Positions 48,661-62,517 are shown, counted from the stretch's first letter. The stretch: 64,000 nt of DNA from Callorhinchus milii (GCF_018977255.1 NW_024704769.1:2232001-2296000); one strand, 5' to 3'. Program-made: numbers and translations. Notes: generated from the letters alone by a model not told the origin.

Positions 48661-51600
48661 GTCAGTCAGGAGGGGGTACACTGCGGAGGGGGCGTGTGTT
48701 TGGGGGGTGGGGGGGGGTGAGCCTGAGGGGAGGGGAGGGAGGGGGTGAGGAAGGGGGGGGATGGTCAGGGTGAGGGGAGGGGGTGAGGAGCGGAGAGAGG
48801 GGGGAGGGGGTGAGGAAGGGGGGGGATGGTCAGGGTGAGGGGAGGGGAGGGAGGGGGTGAGGAGGGGGGATGGTCAGGGTGAGGGGAGGGAGGGGGTGGG
48901 GGGATGGTCAGGGTGAGGGGAGGGAGGGAGCGAGGAGGGGGTATAGAGTCGAGAGCGGAGCTGAAGGTACAGTCAAAGAGAAAGGTTTTGAGACCGGCCT
49001 TGAAGGAGGAAAGGGAGGAAGCGGCGAAGGCACTGGGGATGGAGTTCCAGAGCCTCGGGGCCGAGACGGGGGGAGTGCGTGAGAAGGGGGGGGGGGGCGC
49101 GGGATTGCTGTCGTTGTTGTTGTTGTTGCTGTCGTTGTCGTCGCTGTTGTCGGGTGAGGGGAAGGGAGGGAGCGGGCGGGGGGGGGGGGGGGGGAAATGG
49201 TCAGCTCTGGGCCTGAGAGCGAAAGCTGTGACCGCTGCCTTGCTCCACAGAACGGCGCCGGTCGCGATCGACGTCCAGGGACCGGGAACGAGCTCGGCGA
49301 CGGGAACGATCCAGGTCCCGAGATCGGGACCGGGAGCGGAGGCGGAGCAGGTCGCGGTCCCCGCACCGAAGGAGATCCAGGTCTGGGTTGGAACCGGGTT
49401 CGACTGTTCACGCTCTGCACTCATGGCCAGTTTCACCCGCTCGGGACAGTCCCATCCCACCTCGACAGCGTAGCCTCGTTAATCCACACTTGGTGTTTTA
49501 TTCATATTATAGAAACATCTCTGCAGTGATTCAGATACATCTCAGTTCACAAACATCATTGGTTTCCTTATGAATACTCGTGAAAGATTTTTTGTGTGAT
49601 TGGGGTTCCAGGGGCTTTGCCTTTGGGCTGAGGATATCACTGCATGAACACAGTTAACCTAATGAGCTGACGTCTGGTAACCTGGGGCAAATACTGGTCC
49701 CCTGTAGTTATTGATGGGATTTAATAGGGAGGAGGACTACTGACCGACCATTAAAGATGTCCCTTGAGGCAAAGTCATTATGACTGTCCCAATGGTGAGG
49801 AGCCAGCAGAGCGCGGGGGACAAGAGTTTATTTTTTGTTTGTTCACACTGGGCTTTATTTAGCTTTGGGGCATCATCGTGCAAAGTGATTGGAAATGTTA
49901 GTTAGCCCAGCACCATCAGGGTTAAAACGTCCCACTGCATTGTCCTCCAGGTCTCCTCGGCGACACAGGTCTGCTTCGGATTCTCCTTCCAGGCAAAAAG
50001 ATGACAAGGCAGGAAAAGAACATCAGATTTCAGGTAAACCAAAAGTGTTCTTTGTAGTCTGGCCGATCAATGAGAATTTATCTTTGACTGCGTGGGATGT
50101 GCTGCTTTCACAGGCTGGGGAAACAGATACATTCCTGGCCCTAGGGCTTCCACAACGGTGCTCACTCAACTCCTATTTTTCCCGATCTCTGACCCGTTTT
50201 TCCTGCTCGCTGACCCCCTGTGTGTCCTGATCTCTGACCCCCCCCCGTGTGTCTTGCTCTCTGACTGCACAAAACTCCTCTGCCAGCTGCTGTAGAGCTT
50301 CAAAGCAGTTTTAAAAACAAGGAAAAGCTGAAGACAGTTCAGTGTAGAAATGCTCAACTGGTTTATACAGAAAATGAACGACTAACCATTGTGGATTCTG
50401 GTACTAGTGTTGGGATTGTTTTCTAGATGTTTGTTCATTCTAAATTGAAATGATCAGGTTGTAGACCATGTTAGCAACCTCTGTAAGCTATGTATTCAAA
50501 CTCCCTCCCGCTCTGGTCCCATTCCCTACTGTTCAGCACCTTGGGACATCCTCCTGATGTTAAAGGCGCTTTACAAATGTATTATTGTATCAGTATCTGA
50601 TGTTTCATTGAGAACCTCCACTGTAACCTCTAAAAACATAAACCAGACAAGTCATGTCTCAAAGACGTTGATCAACGTTCTGCTACGTTTGCAATTTCTG
50701 CTTTGAAGGCAAAGAATTTGAGGTTTAGTGTTATTTGGGACAACACTTTAATGTTCCAGTAAATTTAAAGTATTCTTTTAAAAATTCTAGTTTTCTCCAA
50801 ATATATGTTAGTGACTGAGCTGGACGATCATGATCAGATGCCCTTTGTTTTCCCTCTAGAGGCAGATATGGAGGGGAAAACCGAGGAAGAAATTGAAATG
50901 ATGAAGCAAATGGGATTTGGTGGTTTTGATACCACAAAGGTAAGCAGCAGTAATTCATTCCCCTCTTAAATCCTCCTCGCACTTGTTAGCAGAGCACTGC
51001 CTTGTCCCAGCTTTGGCTCCCCTTTCAGTGGGTATTTGAATGCTAATCTTTAATATTATGCTTTCTGTATTCCTTTTGAACTAAAAGTATTAAGATTATA
51101 AGTGGTGTCAGTGTTGAAGGCTTCTGTCTTATTCTGCAGGGGAAGAAAGTGGATGGCTCCGTGAATGCCTTTGCTGTTAATGTGCAGCAGAAAAGAAAGT
51201 ATCGGTGAGTAAAACGCCGTGTGGTCAAATCTCCATCTGTACAGTTGTTCTGCTATCACGCCAGTTCTTGCCGCTGTTTTCAGATCACTTCATTCCCTTG
51301 CACAACCCTACCTATCCAACCTGTTTACCCCCTACTCCACCACCCGCTGCCTCCGCTCAGCTGGCTCTTGCCTCCTAATTATCACATGTGCCTTCCGCTC
51401 CATCATCGGTGGTTGTGCCTTCAGCCACTACGCCCTGAAACTCTCTCCCTCGATCCCTCCCCCTTGCCTACTTTCAAATCCCGTCTAAAGACCTTTTTGA
51501 TCATGCTTACGGTCACTTCCCTCTCCCCTTGGCTCGTTGTCAGACTCCACCACTGTGAAGCATTCCCGTATGCTATCCCTCGTGAAGGGCGCTATATAAA

Positions 51601-51967
51601 TGTGAGTTGTTGTTGCTAGAACAGCAACCACAATATACCACCTGACACAGCGAGATCAGTCTCACTCCAATATCATTGCATGCCCGATATATCTGGCTTT
51701 GTTCAAGGATTACCAGGCTCCAGTGTTAAGATGTTTGTGGGACAGTGTCCCAGTTGTCAATGTGCAAGTTCGAAGGTATATGTCTTGATTTTGACCCTGC
51801 CGGTCCAAATGAAAACTTGCAATCGCACAAAGTCTTAATCTCTGTTACTTAACGACAGTCATACTAAGAAAAATGTGCTAATTTATTTCTTTTGTTAATC
51901 TTTCCCCTATAGGCAGTACATGAACAGAAAGGGAGGATTTAACCGACCCCTGGATTTCATCGCATAG
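48624..51967 (+). CDS. SNRNP27: U4/U6.U5 small nuclear ribonucleoprotein 27 kDa protein (complete, 6 exons)
   Basis: Exons 48624-48660, 49251-49380, 49951-50033, 50860-50939, 51140-51204, 51913-51967. Protein: [12 protein letters not shown] (RS domain)...[58 protein letters not shown]. Confidence 0.96.
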
Positions 51968-52880
51968 CTCTGTTGGTCTAGAGTGGCATGAATATGACTT
52001 GCAAAGGCATTAACATTGAGGCCAAGACAGCAATAGTTTATGCCATACTTTGCGGGCAGGGCAAGTTCTCCGTATTAAAGTCCTGGGGTTGGATTTAGGA
52101 ATGGGACAATGTGATCTTCAGGCTTAGCATTTCTTGAACACCCGTACAATAAGCAATGTGCAAGGGGAACAGGCTTCATCTTTATTCTTGTTTGCACACA
52201 GCTGTCATCAACCAGTCTACACGTGCACCACACACCTACCATTTCATTGCGGATTGTGCACCAGCTCCTTTTAACTGGAGTGTAAAGACGCGATGAAATT
52301 TATAAATGGCTAATTTTGAATTAAAATGAAGTGGAAAGAGCTCTATAGCAGGAGTGTTTTGCCCCCTTTTGACATGGTGTATTTCAATCAGATCCATTTC
52401 ACATTGATGCATGTTTGATGCTATTACAAATTGACAATTATATGGAACTGACTGTACACCATTGACTCACCACCTCCAGGCAGCATCTCTGTGGGTTCCC
52501 GTGTGTCGAGCCGCATAAATCTCAAACGCGACTCTCCAAAATGCTGCATTAGGCTGTTGTCGTGACTTGCATTCAGGACTTCAAGACCAACAGTATGTTT
52601 TGTTTTGGAGACGTTCACCGTGTCCCCAACTATTTTCACCAGACGACAACGCGCCCTCCGCACCGGGGGGGTGGGGCAGCGTCCCCGAGCGCTCAGCGGC
52701 GGTGGAGTCTGACCCCAGGGAACGGACGTGGGGGAGGAGGGGAAGCGGGACGTTTGCGCTCATCCAGGCCTTGATGTCCGTCGGTCAAACAGACTGACAG
52801 GGCATCGGCGGACTGGGGGCCACGGCTGGAGGAGGAGGAGGAGGAGGAGGAGTAGATTATGGGCGTCATCCGCGTACATA

Positions 52881-53207
52881 TAATAATAATAATAATAATC
52901 CTTGCATTTGATGTGGCGCTGTTCACGTCGGGAGGACGTCCCAAAGCGCTTCGCAGAACACACTGTAAAGTGAATTGACTGTATATTTGTGGGCGAACGC
53001 GGCAGCCAATTGCGCACAGCAATGTCCCACAAACAGTCGTGGATTGAAAATGACCAATTTATTATTGTTTTTTGTTTTTGGAGGGATTGTTATTAGGCTC
53101 TGTGTGGAGTAAGGAAACTTGCCCAAGGTTTCGCCCTCTGCCTGGAATTGAACTCCGGTCTCTCACTCGCAAAGCGAGTGCTCTAACCACTGAGCTACAG
53201 GACTCCA
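52881..53207 (-). mobile_element. tRNA-derived Deu-domain SINE, full length
   Basis: Head ggagtcctgtagctcagtggttagagc...gagttcaattcc, Deu core, (TTA)n tail. Confidence 0.88.
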
Positions 53208-53209
53208 CG

Positions 53210-53800
53210 AAATGCGGAAATTGACCCCACGTCTGCGGATGACATCACTGAGAGGGAAAGTGGAGATGAGGAAACGTGGGCCAAGGATGGAGCCTTGTTG
53301 TGCCCCGCGGGTGACCGGCCCGGGACAGGAGGAGAAACCGATTCCGTGCTGCGGTCAGGGCGGAAACCGGACTGGAGGGGTTCGAGTAGGGAGTGGTGGG
53401 AGAGGTGTGACCCAAGTTGATTTGCCACCACGTGCGCCCAAGGATTTGGCCAGGAACGGCGGGTTTGAGATGCGTCTAAAATTTCTGAGTTTGGAGGGAT
53501 CGAGGGTAGGTTTTGTTAAGCAGTGATGACAGCGGTTTTGAGGAGACAGAGCGGGACAGAGCCTGAGGAGAGGGACTGGTTGATTGTGTCAACCAGCTGT
53601 GGGCAGAGGAGGGGGAGTTGGGTAACCAGAAGCTGGTTGGGGAGGGATCATGAGAGCAGGTGGTGGGCTTCACCTTGATGATAGTGGGGGAAAGAGAGGA
53701 GGAAGAGATGGGGGCAAATGAGCGTAGGGTGACATAGCCTACTAGGGTGGTGAGGCAGATGTGGGAGTTGGGGATCGGCGACATGGGTGGGCGGGGGGTG
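53210..53800 (-). mobile_element. L2 LINE fragment
   Basis: LLEPLQSGFRPDRSTE; KPTTCSHDP. Confidence 0.75.
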
Positions 53801-55905
53801 TGAGGAGGTCCATAGACCTATCTTATCTTAAAGCAATACCACTTTGACATCAAGTCTGGGATTTGGACGCGAGTTGAAACAGGATCATGTGGGGTGGGGG
53901 CACGGAGCCATAAGTGATACGGTATTTTGGGCGTTAGATACATTTCTCGCACTTCACGGTGGATTCACAGAGTGGCCACCGAGTACACGAGGCGGGGTAC
54001 GCACAGGTGTGGGGACCGTCGCAGTCTTGGTAAAGTGCGGGAGGGTCACTGTCAGACGTGGAGACATTACAATAAGTGGGCGGGAGGCTGGGGGAAGGCT
54101 TTGGAGAGGTCAATGAGTGCGTTGGGAGAGCGACGAAGCCAAGTTAAGTTCCGTGTTTTGCCTTTCCTTTAATTACAGTGCGGAATAATTACAATACAAA
54201 GACACGCCAGGAATCGGCCCACGTGCATCCAGAGGCCGGCCGGCTATTTACACCAGAGATCCCGAAGCGCGGCAAGGCAGCGAGAGACGCAAAGCGGCAG
54301 CATTTCCCGTTTCACCCACAAGACATCAAAGCCGGACGGAGCACGTTACATCGGATTGCTTCCTCTCGCCAACGCTTGTCAGGACACAGACAGCACAAGT
54401 TACACAGCTCGGCGAAGGGCAAGCACCCGGTCTAGTCTCGGGGCCAAACAATATACAGTCGGAGCTCTCGTCTACATGCCTCGTTTACGAGCGATCGGAA
54501 CCGCGGAGATCATTATTCCATCTATACAGCTGGAGAGAAGGGATCGACTCGAATATCAAAGGCATTAATTACACTCTGCCTTCTGGGGTATTTGGTTTGT
54601 GCAAGGTCTACATGGTTTATCTTGATTACCGCCCGCATCCCCCCACCCCCCCCCCACCCCCACCCCACCACCGCCCCCCAGGGTATCAGTGCAGTGTGAG
54701 TGACACAGTGAGTGACCATATCTGTCGTGTGGGGCAATTGGATGAATCTTTCACTTGAGGCTTTGCAAGATGTGGGTCAACCGTTGCAACGGAAACTCCA
54801 CCCACGCAATGTTTAGCCTTCACGACAACAGCAACAACTTGCAACTAACCTGCCGCCTTCACGTAGTGTCACGTCCCAGAGTGCTTTACAGGGATGATGT
54901 TTGGACACTGAGGGTAGGGTGGGGTAGGGTTGAGGGGTGGGGGGGGGGGGAGAGCGGAGAGGAGATCGGAGTTGAGCCTTGGTGAAGACGCAGCATAAAC
55001 AAAGGCAATGTTGTTATTTATCCAGAACACAGTTGGGTATTTACTTACCCCTGACCTCCCGTCTCCCCCCTCCCGTCTCCCCCCTCCTGTCTCCCCCCCC
55101 CTCCCTTGCATCCGGGTTCACACTGGACATTTGAGAATTGTCAGCCTTGGCTTTAAGAACATAAGGATTTTCAGGCAAAAGAATATTAAGGTCCATCTGG
55201 TTTGCCTTCCAGCATTCCATCATCTTGGCAAGTGTTGAGGTGAGAGGGTGGGATTTTCGGGAAGCATTCTGGTGGTGGGGGGGGAGTGGGGGGGGGGGGG
55301 AAGAACGTTACCAGTTCTGGACTAATACTGGGTGTAAATTGCCAGCACCCACCCTGGGCTCTCGTTCCACCTCTCCCTGGGCCTCCTGACCCAGTGGAGC
55401 GAATGGCAGAGTCGCTTATTGGCTACTGACAGTCACTACACTGATCGCGAGAGGCCGATCGTTGCCGGCACTCCTCCCTCTCCTCTCCCCCCCCCCCCCC
55501 CCCGACACCCCCTGCCCACCTGCTAAATCCAGAACCCTCCAAAAAGCCAGAGAGAGAGAGAGAGATATCTCGACATTCCCCTTACCCACCGGATATTACA
55601 TTACTCCCCCCCCCCCATCACAAAATAGGTGTCAAATCTCCCCCCCCCCCCCCCCCCACCACTGTCCATTTCCCCCTCCCACCCCCAGCATCGGGGAAAA
55701 TCTCATTTAAAAAAAAAGGCGGTATTGAACAACTTACAACCGAATACAAAACCTCACGTGTGTGCGCGTGTATACAGTAGCGTGTAGCTTTGCGTGCACA
55801 CATACGTGTGTGTGTGTGTGCGTGTGTTTGTTCCGGATGCTCCTTTGCAAAGTTATTTCATTGCCCCCTCCTCCCCTTCCCCCCCAGCCCCTCCCCTCCC
55901 CCCAT

Positions 55906-58900
55906 TCAGGACTCGCTCTTCTCCCTCTTTTTGCTCTTCTTCAGGAAGGACGGGGTGCGAAATTTCTTCTTCTTTTTGGAGGGGGATTTGGAGGGGGAGC
56001 CCTCTGGTGTGAGCGGCCCCCCAGTGCCGGGCTCCGGTTTCTCCTTGGCCGTCTTGGCGGGGGTCTCCGTCCCGTTCTCAGCGTTGCTCATCATCTGGCT
56101 TATTCCCTTGCTCAGCTCGTCCTCCGCAGACCTCTCCTCCTCCTCCCCGTTGACCACCAGCACTTCGCTCTCCGCGATCTCCGCGTCGCCCGGGTCCTTT
56201 AAATCTCCCGCCTCCTCGGTTTCTTCAGGAAAGCAAAGCCACACGTCAGATCTACAGACTTCCTTCGTTTGCTAAAACAGGAAGCTCCGAGCGGGAAAGA
56301 GCCCAGCACTCCTGACCAGGCCTCGGGGGAAACCGGAGCAAATAGGGGCAATGCTCCGTGGGTTTGTTTAGCACTGTTGAGTGTCACGACAGAGGAAACT
56401 CTCCCACTCCCTCAGAAACCCAAACGACCTCCTCCCCTCCGCCCACAGAAACCAATTCCAGTCACCCCTGGGGGCTACAAGATGGAATTTCTCCTCAGAA
56501 CAGAGACAGACCACTCGCCAACTAGTCCTTGTCTGTGTTGGCTCCCACGCTCTCTCTCTCTCTCCTCCCCTGTTCCCCCCTCATATCCGCTCTCTACTTC
56601 AACCACCGCTTCCGGACGCTTTCAGGGAAGTCATTCTGAGGATCGCAAGGCATTATCCGGGGAATTGGGGGGCTGTGGGAAGGGGGGGGGGGGGTGGGGG
56701 CAAACAATATACTTACTACAAAGACAAGTACTCAGTATCATGAGGAACTCCTTTTAGTGTGAGCCAAACACAGAGAGAGAGAAAGAGAGAGAGAGAAAGA
56801 GAACAGAAATGGAGCAAGGTGACTCACAATGCATCACACAATTACCACATTTGACAGAAATTGAGAAGCATCCAGTCTTTCAGGCCGTCCATGCTACCCC
56901 CCACGCGCTGCCCTCTGGACAAGGGGGCACTTCTTGCCATCCATCTTGTGCGTGTCTCTGTGATTCCCCCCAACCTGATCCCCAACTCCCATCCTCAGCC
57001 CCATTCCCAAACCCAAGACCCATTCCCAACCCCAGGTCCATTCCAAGCCCGTTTCCCAACCGCCAACCCAAGGCCCATTCCCAACCCAAGGCCCATTCCC
57101 AACCCCAGGTCCATTCCAAGCCCGTTTCTCCCAACCGCCAACCCAAGGCCCATTCCCGACCCCAGGCCCAATCCCAGCCCAATTCCCAACCCCAGCCCTA
57201 GCCCCTCACATCGAGACATCTCTTGTGAAGACCGAGTGGATCCTCCAACACTGAATCCACGTGAAGAGAAGCGGGTGAGAAAATCACCCCGATCTGCAAT
57301 CACTCAGTCACTTCCGTAGCTTCGGGAACCGGATAAATTGCTGAACTCAATTAAATTTTTTCCTTAGTTTCTTAAAAGAACCTTCTGCGACTCGTGAGGA
57401 AATCTCTCTCCTCCCCCATCACCCCTTCCCTCATCTCCTTCACCCCGCCACCCTCCCTCCATTCACGCTGACCCCCCCCGACCCCCTCCCTCCCAGTGCA
57501 TCAAGCCTCCATTCTCATTGCTCAGCTGTCACTCACCCCCCACTCAACCCCCCACCCACCCACCCACCCCCATCGAGGATCGCTTCTCTCATTCAGTAAA
57601 TGACAGGCCAGAGACACTGAGCGGGAAACAGCAGCGAAACCAGAGACACCAAACAAGCAGCCTTGAAGCACGGGGGGTGGGTGGGGGGGGGAGGAAACGG
57701 ACATGGCGGGACACGACCGAGACGTGGTTGACAGGAAGCACCGACAAAGATCATCTTCCATCTCCCTGGGCACCTTCACCCCTCCTTACAGGGGGGGAAG
57801 CAATATGTCCACCTGGATTTACCCCACTTCCACCCCCCCCACCACCCACTACAATATAAAAAGCCTTACATTCTAATGCAGCGTCTTATCACGTCGCTAT
57901 GTCTCAATGTGCCTCACAGGATTTTACTGTAAAGGGTTTTTGTAGGCAAACCCAGAGGCCAATTTGCGCAAAGTGATATCCTCACAAACAGCCGTGAAGT
58001 GAGTGACTGACCCTGTCTGGGGGGGGAGGGATTGTCGGCCAGGACACCGAGCGGGAGAAACTCCTATAGCACCGGGGTAGCGATCTTTAACATCCACCCC
58101 AATAGGCTGACAGTTGGGGTTCAATATCTCATCCCAACAACGTGGGGCTCCCTTCACCTCCCCACTTCCCTCCCTCCCTCCCTCCCCTCCCTCTCGGGCA
58201 GCTTACCTCCCGGTGACCGGGGAGACTTGGGTGACTTAAGCGGTGACATTAGCGGGGTCTTGAGTGGAGAGACTCCGGCTGAGGTATTCTCGTCGTCCGG
58301 ACCTGCGGAGTTTTGGAAACGCGGAAAATGTAAAGCAATAATAATCCTTTTATTCAGTACAGTGTCTTTCACATCAGGAGGACGTCCCCAAGTGCTTTGT
58401 AGGTGATACTGTACAGTGGAGTGACTGTGTTTTTGGGTGTGGGTGGGCAAGTATAAACTTGCCTATTGATTCTGTCAGTTGGTCAGATAGATGATCCTCA
58501 GCCAAATAGTGACTATCCTCCTGGGAGGGGTGATGGGGAGGTAAATGGGGTCTCCTGGGAGCTGAACTGGCCCCAAGTGACCTACATGGCAAAGGAATGC
58601 CAGCCCCTCTGTGCCGGTCTCTAGTCCGGTTCATGAGCCAAGTGGGTCTACAGTATCCCAGGGCACTCACTGCTGATGGCAGCGCAGCCCGGCCTGGCTC
58701 ATCGACAGGACCTGGAAGGGCCGACCAGTCACTGGGGCCAAGGAGTCATTCCACTCAGCTCCTGGAGCAGAGAGCCCAGCAGTGTGAGGTGGAACAGAGT
58801 GAGAATTCTGTTAAGGAATTTGGTGAGAGTGGGAATTTGGTGCAGAGGGGAAAGAGGTGCATAATTATAAGTATATAATAGCGATATTAAAAATGGCAGG

Positions 58901-61900
58901 GCAGTTGAGACCGGTTACATGCGCAATGTGTGCCCTCGTGGGAGCTCCAGGATACTTTGTGTGCCCTGGACAAACGTGTAGGAAGTTCCTCCGGCTGCTC
59001 GAGCTGGAGCTCAGGGTTTCTGAGCTTGAGGAGAGGCTGGTGTCACTACGTAGCTTACGGGAGGCTGAAGAGTTTATGGATCGAACGTTTAGGAGGTGGT
59101 CACCCCACAGCCACAGAGGGTTCAGAAGGAGAGTGAATGGGTGAGAGTTACACGTGAACAGAGGCTGGGACCAACGTCCTCGGCAGGAGGAGGGGATGGG
59201 CACTGCAGAAATCCCCTGAGACTGTGGCACTCACAAACCGGTTCTCTGTACTGAATACCAGTCAGAGTGAAGACACCTCTGGGGAGAGGAGTCAAAAAGC
59301 AAATGGATGCACAGAGGAAGAGTGTCTATGCAACTGTCATTGGGGACACAATGGTGAAAGGAGTAGACAGATGTTTCTGCAACCAAAGACGTGACTCGTG
59401 CATGGTCTGTTGCCTCCATGACGCCAGGGTTGAAGGCATCATGGAAAAGGTGCAAAACATTCTACAGGGGGAAGGGGAACATCCAAATGTCATGGTCCAT
59501 GTAGGGATCTATGACGTAGGGAAAAAAAGGGCTGAGGTCCTACAGGGAGAGTATTAGAAGTTAGGGAAAAGGCTAAAGAGTAGAACCTCAGAGGTGGTGA
59601 ACCCTGGATTACTCCCAGTGCCTCGTGCAAGTGAGTATCAAAACAGCAGATCAAACACGTGAACGCATGGCTGGAGGTATGGTGCAGAAAGGAGGGCTTC
59701 AGGTTCCCGGATCATTGGGACCAGTTCTGGGGCAGGTGGGACCTGTACAAGGTGGGTGGCTTACACGTGAACAGGGCTGGGACCAACGTCCTTGCAGGGA
59801 GGTGAACTAGTGCGGTGGAGAAATTAATTTCGAGGGGGGGGGGGGGGGAGGGAATCAGGACGTAGCATCAGAGAGGTCAAACAAGTTACGCAGAGGGCTG
59901 AGAGAGATGGATAGCAATGCATTGAGGAGTAATCCAGAAAAAAAGGAGGGATTAGACGGGAGAGAAATGGAGACTCAGTCGGTCTCGGGAGTGCCTGAGC
60001 GTAAATGCACTGAGTGAGACAAATAAGGTTAGTGAGCTCTCAGCACACGTCACCACATGGGGCTATGGTGTTGTGGCAATAACTCCTCTCTCCTTCCAGC
60101 ACTGCATTGGAGCGTCAGCTAAGCGTAGTGACTGTGTTTTGTAGGCAATGGCGGTGGCTATTTGCTTTTACACACTGCAAGGCACACCCTCCCCCCCTCC
60201 CCACCCGCAAGGTATAGGTCGAGATTCCCCAACCCCCACTCCCCCATCCCCACACGCACCCCCCCCCCCCAAACTAATTACCATCGATTCCCATCTGCTT
60301 GTGCTCCACTTCTCTCTTGTACTCCTCCAGCTCCTGGTCAGTCAGCTCATTGAAGGGGTTGGGGGGCTCAGGCTGCGTCGTGTCCTCGTGGGTTTCCTCC
60401 CGCGTCAGAGTCCTGGCTTCTGATGACAACTCCCCATCTGCAGACTGAGAGGTGGTGGGGGCAGTGAGAGGGGTGGGGGGGGGGGGGAGAAAGAGAGAGA
60501 GAGAGAGAGAGAGCGAGATGTTAGCTCAGCCCGAAGCCAAAGGTGTGCTGAGTGACTGATCGTTCAGGAAGAGAACGAGAGAGAGAGGGGGGGCGACAGG
60601 CACGTGGAGAGAAAGAGAGGAGATAGAGAGAGAGAGACAGAGAGAAAGAAGGGAAAAAAGAGAGGGGGAGAGTAGAAGAGGAGAGAAGTAAGAGGTGCGT
60701 GGAGAGAGGGGAAGGCAGAAAGAGAGGAGATAGAGCAAGAGATGTGAGAAGGAAGAGAGGACCGCGAAGAGGGGAGAGGAGTGAGGTGAGGAGCTGGCAG
60801 TAGGCAGTGTGTCAGTTGAGGTGTGGCTGTCACTCACTGGGCTGCGGCTCTTGTCTGTGATGACGGACGCCAGGAGCTGTGACTGGGGACCGGCCGACTT
60901 CATATCCTGCCGGTTTTGCTCCCGAATCTTACGACAAAAAAAGACACGTTACCCAACCAGCGGGAGGGAGAGAGGGAAGCCGGGACGGAGAGAGGAAGAG
61001 AGAAAAGGAGGGAGGGCAGGGACGAAGAGGGAGGGAGAGAGGGAGACGGAGAGAGTGTTGTACTGAGAGGGGAGACCGCTCCCCTCCCCTGGCCCAGCCA
61101 GGACAGACCACGTCGCTGGATCTTATCCACAGAGTGTGGGACTCGCTGCCTGAGCGATGGTGGATTCGAACAGTGTCCGTGCCGGTAGAGTCCAGAGGAA
61201 GCTGGACGTTCACATGAGGGAGAGGGGAAGAGAAGGTGTGGGAGGCAGCGGAGTGGCTGAGGATGAGCACTTTCACGGACTGGTCGGGTTTCCGTGTCGT
61301 ACAATCTCTGTGAGTCTTTGTAAATCTCTGAATCCCAGTCCGCGTGCGGTTATCTGGTCTCAACAACCGGGTACGGGGTGTCGGACGCTGAGCACAGCAC
61401 GGTACCAGACGCCAAGGGGGGTAAAAGGGGGACAACAGGAGGACTCGGGGTTTAGAGCTGCAAAGGGGCAATTTCGGGACAGACACCGGGAAGTATGGCT
61501 TTATCTATCGGAGAATTAACTGGGAACACTGTGGCTGATGGGACGCTGGGAATCATTGAGGATACACAGCTGGACACTGGGAGATGGCAGGAGGGGGAGT
61601 GTGGAGATTGTATAAGGGTTGAGATCAAATTGGGCCAAAGGGACCTCATTCACCTGAACCCGCAATGGCTCTCACCTTGTTCCTGGTCTCCAGCACTTCA
61701 CGAGGGTCCGTAAACAGCGGCACAAACTGGTTGGGAGTCTCGATCTTGATCGAAGTCCCACTGCTGAGCCTGGTCACCTCGTCCGCCTTCAGCCACTGTT
61801 TGGGAGGAAACGCACTGCGTCAGCAGATGTCACTGCCCCAACGAGATGTCCCAACGTGACAGAGAACCCCCCCCTCCCCCCCCCCCCCCCCCCCCCCACA

Positions 61901-62517
61901 CACACACACAGCTGAGAAGCAACAACAAACACAAGTGGCGATGATACGATACAGGACAGTAACGGGAGGAGGCGTTGACTGCAGTGATTATTATTAATCG
62001 TAGGGGGGGCAGTGTTTCTGTCACAGCAGCAGTGAAGCAGTCAGTCCTCTGGGTATGTATTTGATATAACTTTGCCTCCTTCCATCCCTCTCCCCCCCCT
62101 CCCCCCCCACCCCGGGAGTATCTGCATTCTGTGCATTAATTGTTTTCCCATCCGTTCCCCCCCTCCCCTCCCCTCACCGTGAACTCAAAGACCCCGTCGT
62201 GTTCCCCCCCCCCCCACCCCCCTACCCCCACCTCCTCACTTCCCGGGGCTGTGACCTACCGTGGTCTTGGCCCGAGGGCTGCTGGGACCCCACGGGGTCT
62301 CTTCGTTCACATTGACCCTCAGGTAGGTGTTGGGCGAGTTCAGCCACCGTGTCTTCTCCTGCTGCTGCCGCTGGCTGTGGTGCCGGAGCGAGGACAGGGG
62401 GAGCGGTTCCTCCTCGAAGGAGAATGCGGTGACGGTGGCCGGAATCTCCACCTCACGCTTGTGTTTGGTCCTCTCCTGGATCACGGGGTATCTGTAGGCG
62501 TAGCCCGTCCGGTAGCC
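55906..62517 (-). CDS. ADD2: Beta-adducin, last six exons (gene continues beyond the window)
   Basis: Exons 62260-62517, 61676-61795, 60838-60927, 60282-60444, 58207-58302, 55906-56222, all in phase. Protein: [11 protein letters not shown]...[19 protein letters not shown]...[57 protein letters not shown]/.../[33 protein letters not shown] (MARCKS-like tail). Confidence 0.94.
56965..57205. repeat. C-rich tandem repeat (cccattcccaaccccaagg)n
   Basis: About 10 imperfect ~18-bp copies. Confidence 0.8.
58690..60085 (+). mobile_element. CR1 LINE 5' portion: ORF1 (Cys-rich + coiled coil + SGNH esterase) and start of the ORF2 endonuclease
   Basis: [13 protein letters not shown]...[29 protein letters not shown]; [15 protein letters not shown]...[10 protein letters not shown]...[13 protein letters not shown]; VNALS..NKVSEL....GYGVVAIT. 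Contains frameshifts and stops. Confidence 0.88.

Noticed and set aside
50532-50550. REST/NRSE-like TTCAGCACCTTGGGACA
   Set aside because: Half-site spacing is wrong and it lies in a LINE/SINE tail motif (agcgctttgggacgtcc) repeated throughout the window.
53130-53207. tRNA-like sequence with A and B boxes (also ~8460-8528, 27340-27408, 35180-35245, 63640-63717)
   Set aside because: These are SINE heads attached to a Deu core and LINE-like tail, not tRNA genes.
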